Part shown: positions 60,343 to 64,000 of the stretch, one piece after another
Position numbering within the stretch: the first letter of the stretch is position 1
How the letters are laid out: every line of letters begins with the position of its first letter
Source: an uncultured delta proteobacterium
GTDB lineage: Bacteria > Desulfobacterota > Binatia > UBA9968
DNA length: 64,000 nt
Direction of reading: 5' to 3'
NCBI GenBank assembly: GCA_963816145.1
Contig: CAWFJP010000009.1
Location: forward strand, 95,917 to 159,916
Program-made: the position numbers and the translations under genes
The notes under the pieces: generated by a model
Databases searched by the model: none
Seen by the model: only the letters and a program-made list of their open reading frames with translations
Told to the model about the DNA's origin: nothing

Positions 60343-60894
60343 CTAAGGCTCAAGGATGGTCTCGGCATCTATGGTGACAGGGACGTCGTCACCCACGACA
60401 AAACCACCTTGATCAAGGGCATTGTTCCAGCTAACGCCAAAGTCGTGACGGTTGAATTGCGTGGTTGCAAGAAACCCTGCGCGAGTCTTGGGTCCCTTGT
60501 CCATTCCGTCCTCCCACCACGGCGTCTTCCACTGCCCCAGGTAGTGGACCTGGAGTTCGATGGGCCGCGTAATTCCGCGAATGGTGAGGTCCCCGATGAC
60601 GACAGCCTCGGTCGGCCGTCGGAAACGGACCTGACTTCCGTGAAAGGTGATCTCGGGAAAGCGCCCGACGTCGAGGAAATCAGGACTCTTCAGATGTGCA
60701 TCGCGATCAGGTTCACCGCTCCAAAGGCCGCGCGTGTCGATGACAGCCTCGACACGTGACACGGAAGGGGAACTCGGATCGAACTCGAGAGAACCGTGGA
60801 CGTTCTTGAAATGATCCCGGACGTAGGTCACCATCATGTGCCTGACGCAGAACTCAGCAGCCGTGTGTCCGGGTTCGAATATCCACCGACTCAT
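60343..60894 (-). CDS. YceI-family protein carried on an integron-type cassette
   Basis: W.FEPGHT..EF.VRHMM, RDAHLKSPDFLDV..FPEITF, GDLTIRGIT, RHDFGVSWN. Confidence 0.9.
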   Translation of the reverse strand: MSRWIFEPGHTAAEFCVRHMMVTYVRDHFKNVHGSLEFDPSSPSVSRVEAVIDTRGLWSGEPDRDAHLKSPDFLDVGRFPEITFHGSQVRFRRPTEAVVIGDLTIRGITRPIELQVHYLGQWKTPWWEDGMDKGPKTRAGFLATTQFNRHDFGVSWNNALDQGGFVVGDDVPVTIDAETILEP

Positions 60895-61687
60895 TGGGTG
60901 TCACGCTTTCCCGCGAGGTCCAGAGGCTTCCTCGAGGCACTTCCCGTCACTCGATGGCCGCCGAACCAGTGAGTATACTGACCAGTATATAATTGATCCG
61001 AACAATCCAACTGCGCGACATCTATTTTTTTATCGACGAGTTGTCAATCGATTTTCGTTCGCCGTCGTTTCAATATTCCTGGTCAGCATATTCCCAGTTA
61101 CCTGCAACGGACATCCCCCCGCAGGAATGAACTGCACGGCGCTTCAATCGAATGTCACCGCTCCTCAATCGCCATCACTATTCGGTTCACGTTGCCGCGT
61201 TACGGGCCACGCCTTAGCATACGGATTTAAGCCGCTCGCATTACCACTGGCAATTTCACACAACGCCTTTGGAAAAGTGGACCCCGGCCTGCCACCGCCG
61301 CTTCCAGAGTTTAACGCTACCTGGGCGCGCTTCGACCCACGGCAACCGTATGGAGTGCGGCGGGCAGTCGGCTCAGACCCTAGAACCGAGGAATTGGGAA
61401 ATTTCAGAGAGACCGTCGTCGAAACGAAATTACTATCTTCGATTTTTTCGTAAACCGGCGATAAAAAGTCTCAGAGCGCGTTGAAGGGGAATACCTACGG
61501 ATAACACCTCCAAGGGAACAAAATCATGTAGGTGAAATGGGACAGATTCCAGCAATTGGGACATCGGCAAAAAATATTCTTGTGAAAATTTGCTGCAATC
61601 TCCGAAATAAAAAAAGGGCACGAAATATGCTGCGATTATTGACCTTTCCGGAACCTAATTGCGAGAGAACCAAACCGGGAAGCGAAC

Positions 61688-62167
61688 GTGGAAACATTAA
61701 GCCTGCGTCACAATTCTGCCCGCGCTCTTCGGTGCATCGGTCAAACTCTGCAGCATCTCGAAATCGAAGCATTTGAACTAAAATGCTATTTCCGTGATTT
61801 TCGCCTGTTCGCCGGAGCTCCAAACCCACCTTACACGGCTCTGATCGAGTTAATATTCTCGCCAGAAAAAATAGAAGCTCTTGAACGCGAAGGTCAAGGG
61901 CGGCGCGGACAATCCAACTTGAATCTGAGATTCGACAGTCTCCCTGAAATGCTTCGGGCGATTGGAGAATACGTTGATAATCAAAAGGGACGCTTGCGAC
62001 GGATCGACAATAGCTACTCTTCATCCCCCAATAATCCGATAATGACGATCGAGTATGAAACTAGAGCTGGCGATCTACAGATTGAGAACCTCACGATGAG
62101 TTCTCTTCACGACGCCTCGGTCCGTATGTACAGACGACGCAGCAAACAATCGGTGGTGAATGACTAA
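61688..62167 (+). CDS. Hypothetical protein
   Basis: 159-aa ORF with a plausible globular composition; shares ELxFSPEKxEAL with 62698-63303. Confidence 0.5.
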   Translation: METLSLRHNSARALRCIGQTLQHLEIEAFELKCYFRDFRLFAGAPNPPYTALIELIFSPEKIEALEREGQGRRGQSNLNLRFDSLPEMLRAIGEYVDNQKGRLRRIDNSYSSSPNNPIMTIEYETRAGDLQIENLTMSSLHDASVRMYRRRSKQSVVND

Positions 62168-62270
62168 AAACATCGGCTGACAAAGAAAACTCGGAGACGG
62201 TCGGTGATGCCCATGTTAAATCTAACAAAACCGCTCGACTCCTGGCAGCGGTCTATATCCGACTCCACCG

Positions 62271-62513
62271 CTATGGCCTAATCCGCGGCTGTTTCTCCCT
62301 GATTTCAATGACCAGGTGAGTCAAACTATCCTCGACTGGTATTAACTTGGCTGCCGCCGTGGCTATGTCGCGCCGTTCGTTGAGCCAGTGGCAGAGCTCG
62401 GAGAGTTCGTGGTTGATTTGAGCCAGCGCCGGTAGCTCGTTATCGTTTAGCCGTCGCTCTATCCTATCCATCCCAGATATGACAAGCCGAATCCGAGGAA
62501 GTGATGTGTACAA
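62271..62513 (-). CDS. Small hypothetical helical protein
   Basis: 80-aa amphipathic ORF only. Confidence 0.3.
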   Translation of the reverse strand: MYTSLPRIRLVISGMDRIERRLNDNELPALAQINHELSELCHWLNERRDIATAAAKLIPVEDSLTHLVIEIREKQPRIRP

Positions 62514-62697
62514 TAGCGAGCAGGAGAAAGAGGATAAACCGTTCGATCAACTGAAGATGTTCGAGTAAAAAAGGACGTTGGCGTAGCCGGACTAACCGCT
62601 TTGAGCGGTTCATAAATCATGCCTCGGGCTCTGCCTGAGGTACATGACTTCCGTCGCATTTGCAGGATTTAATTAATACCCCGCCCCGGCATATTCT

Positions 62698-63303
62698 TTG
62701 CGTTCACCCCAGCCATCAGCGCGAGCGCAACTAAAGAAGAACAAATCAAAACGGGATTATGGCCCGGCATCGATATTGAGAACACCCGACATGAGACCAA
62801 AATTATTCCCTGAACGCATAAATGATCCGGAGGCAAAGGACGGTTCTTCAACGGAGACCCTACCTGAAGAAATCTGCTGTGTCTGTGGCTACCCACGGAA
62901 AGCGCAAATTCTTTTGACCTGCGCTCCGTCGAACAAATGGATTTGCCGTACTTGCGCGAGCCACGTGAAAGCGCAGGTCGAGTACGTTCGGAGTCAAGAG
63001 GACAGACACGCTACCGGGAGAGAAATATTACTCCGTCGCAAGATTAACCCTACGTTTCCTTTATCTGATCTAGGATTGACGGATAATGGCGCACGGACTG
63101 GAGCGAGCGCATCTAGCCTCGGCGAATTAAACAAGCGTGAAATTATAGACGAGTTAAATTTCTCGCCAGAAAAATTGGAAGCTCTCGGTATCGCGCAACG
63201 GGCGCAAGAGCTTGGAGTAAAACAAGATATCCTGCAGGAAGGACAAATTACCCGTTTTGGGCGGGAGCAATACCGAGTTCGAAGAACGAAATCAAAGGCT
63301 TGA
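62698..63303 (+). CDS. Hypothetical protein with CxxC...CxxC motif; may be degenerate or chimeric
   Basis: CCVCG...WICRTC and a C-terminal ELNFSPEKLEAL; start uncertain. Confidence 0.35.
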   Translation: MRSPQPSARAQLKKNKSKRDYGPASILRTPDMRPKLFPERINDPEAKDGSSTETLPEEICCVCGYPRKAQILLTCAPSNKWICRTCASHVKAQVEYVRSQEDRHATGREILLRRKINPTFPLSDLGLTDNGARTGASASSLGELNKREIIDELNFSPEKLEALGIAQRAQELGVKQDILQEGQITRFGREQYRVRRTKSKA

Positions 63304-63309
63304 CGGACT

Positions 63310-63705
63310 ATGACTAGCGATTGTGAAAAAGAATCATTGGAAAATTTGCCGGAAGACGTCTTCGCCTTTTCGCTCTCCTTTGCTTAGCAGCGGTTATGGT
63401 TTTTGGATCAATTGGAGCCGAACCGTTCTGTGTTCAACAAACCGAGTGTGTTTGGGCTCGAAGGAAGATTGGATATTCCCGCGCTTGAGCGAAGTTTTAA
63501 CGAGATTGTCCGATGTCATGAGGCCTTGCGTACGACCTTCTCGATGATTGATGGAGAAGCGGTCCAGATCATATCGCCGTCACTCGTCATAACCATACCT
63601 GTGGCCTCTCTCCAAGCCGAGCGGTACTCAGTAAGCTATCCCGCAAAGGGTTTGCCTTCTCCAGCCCTGCGCTTTCTCCGGCCGGAAACGTCCGGTGGTC
63701 GATGA
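63310..63705 (+). pseudogene. N-terminal fragment of an NRPS condensation domain
   Basis: EDVFAFSLSFA*QRLWFLDQLEP (C1 motif with Q to TAG) and IVRCHEALRTTF (C2); similarity is lost before HHxxxDG. Confidence 0.85.
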
Positions 63706-64000
63706 TCACACAGCCGGTGGGGTCTCGACCCTATGGTCCGCGGCGCTGTGGAGTGCAAAGTTAAATCAAAACAATAGTTTGTGATTTCAGCCTGTTGCGC
63801 CCGCCGAGAATATTTGAACTCGATTCTGGAAAACATAATGTTGCCGAGAAAACTTGGAAGCATAATGCTGCCATTGCGGCAACTGTAACTTTACCCATAA
63901 TCTTACCACTTCGCACTGACCTTCAGATGTAGTTGAAATCACATCCTCTTTGTTGACTGCTCAAGTCTAAATAAATTGCGTTAATTCCAAAATCCTATTT

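Noticed and set aside
60836-61453. 205-aa ORF as a possible integron integrase
   Set aside because: No tyrosine-recombinase R...HxxR...Y motifs; probably spurious

Overview
GC-rich bacterial chromosomal window. The gene style (many orphan SsuA/NMT1, Bug and TAXI solute-binding proteins, amidohydrolases, a MetE-like protein) resembles Candidatus Binatia, but that assignment is inference. 1-18 kb: solute-binding proteins, amidohydrolases, a TAXI-TRAP system, a MetE-like enzyme and several pseudogenes. 18-30.5 kb: the most unusual block, a putative catabolic cluster with a CADD/PqqC-type diiron protein, three alpha/beta-hydrolase paralogs that all carry Ala at the nucleophile position, an Fe3+/thiamine-type ABC importer with two binding proteins, a divergent ThDP E1 alpha/beta pair without E2/E3, a hot-dog hydratase and an ABM-family protein. 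31-54 kb: tesA-ybbA-ybbP-like module, M1 aminopeptidase, TetR-RND efflux, TetR-YbhGFSR-like efflux with an outer membrane factor, an amidohydrolase and a Cys-rich porin. 54.4-64 kb: visibly lower-GC decayed region with an orphan Cache-HAMP-GAF-GAF histidine kinase, an IS3 remnant, SBP and NRPS remnants, and a single integron-type yceI cassette with a well-formed attC but no integrase in view. Intergenic spacers hold several distinct families of short palindromic or tandem repeats. No rRNA, tRNA or CRISPR array was recognised. All calls come from motif reading by eye; no database search was run.
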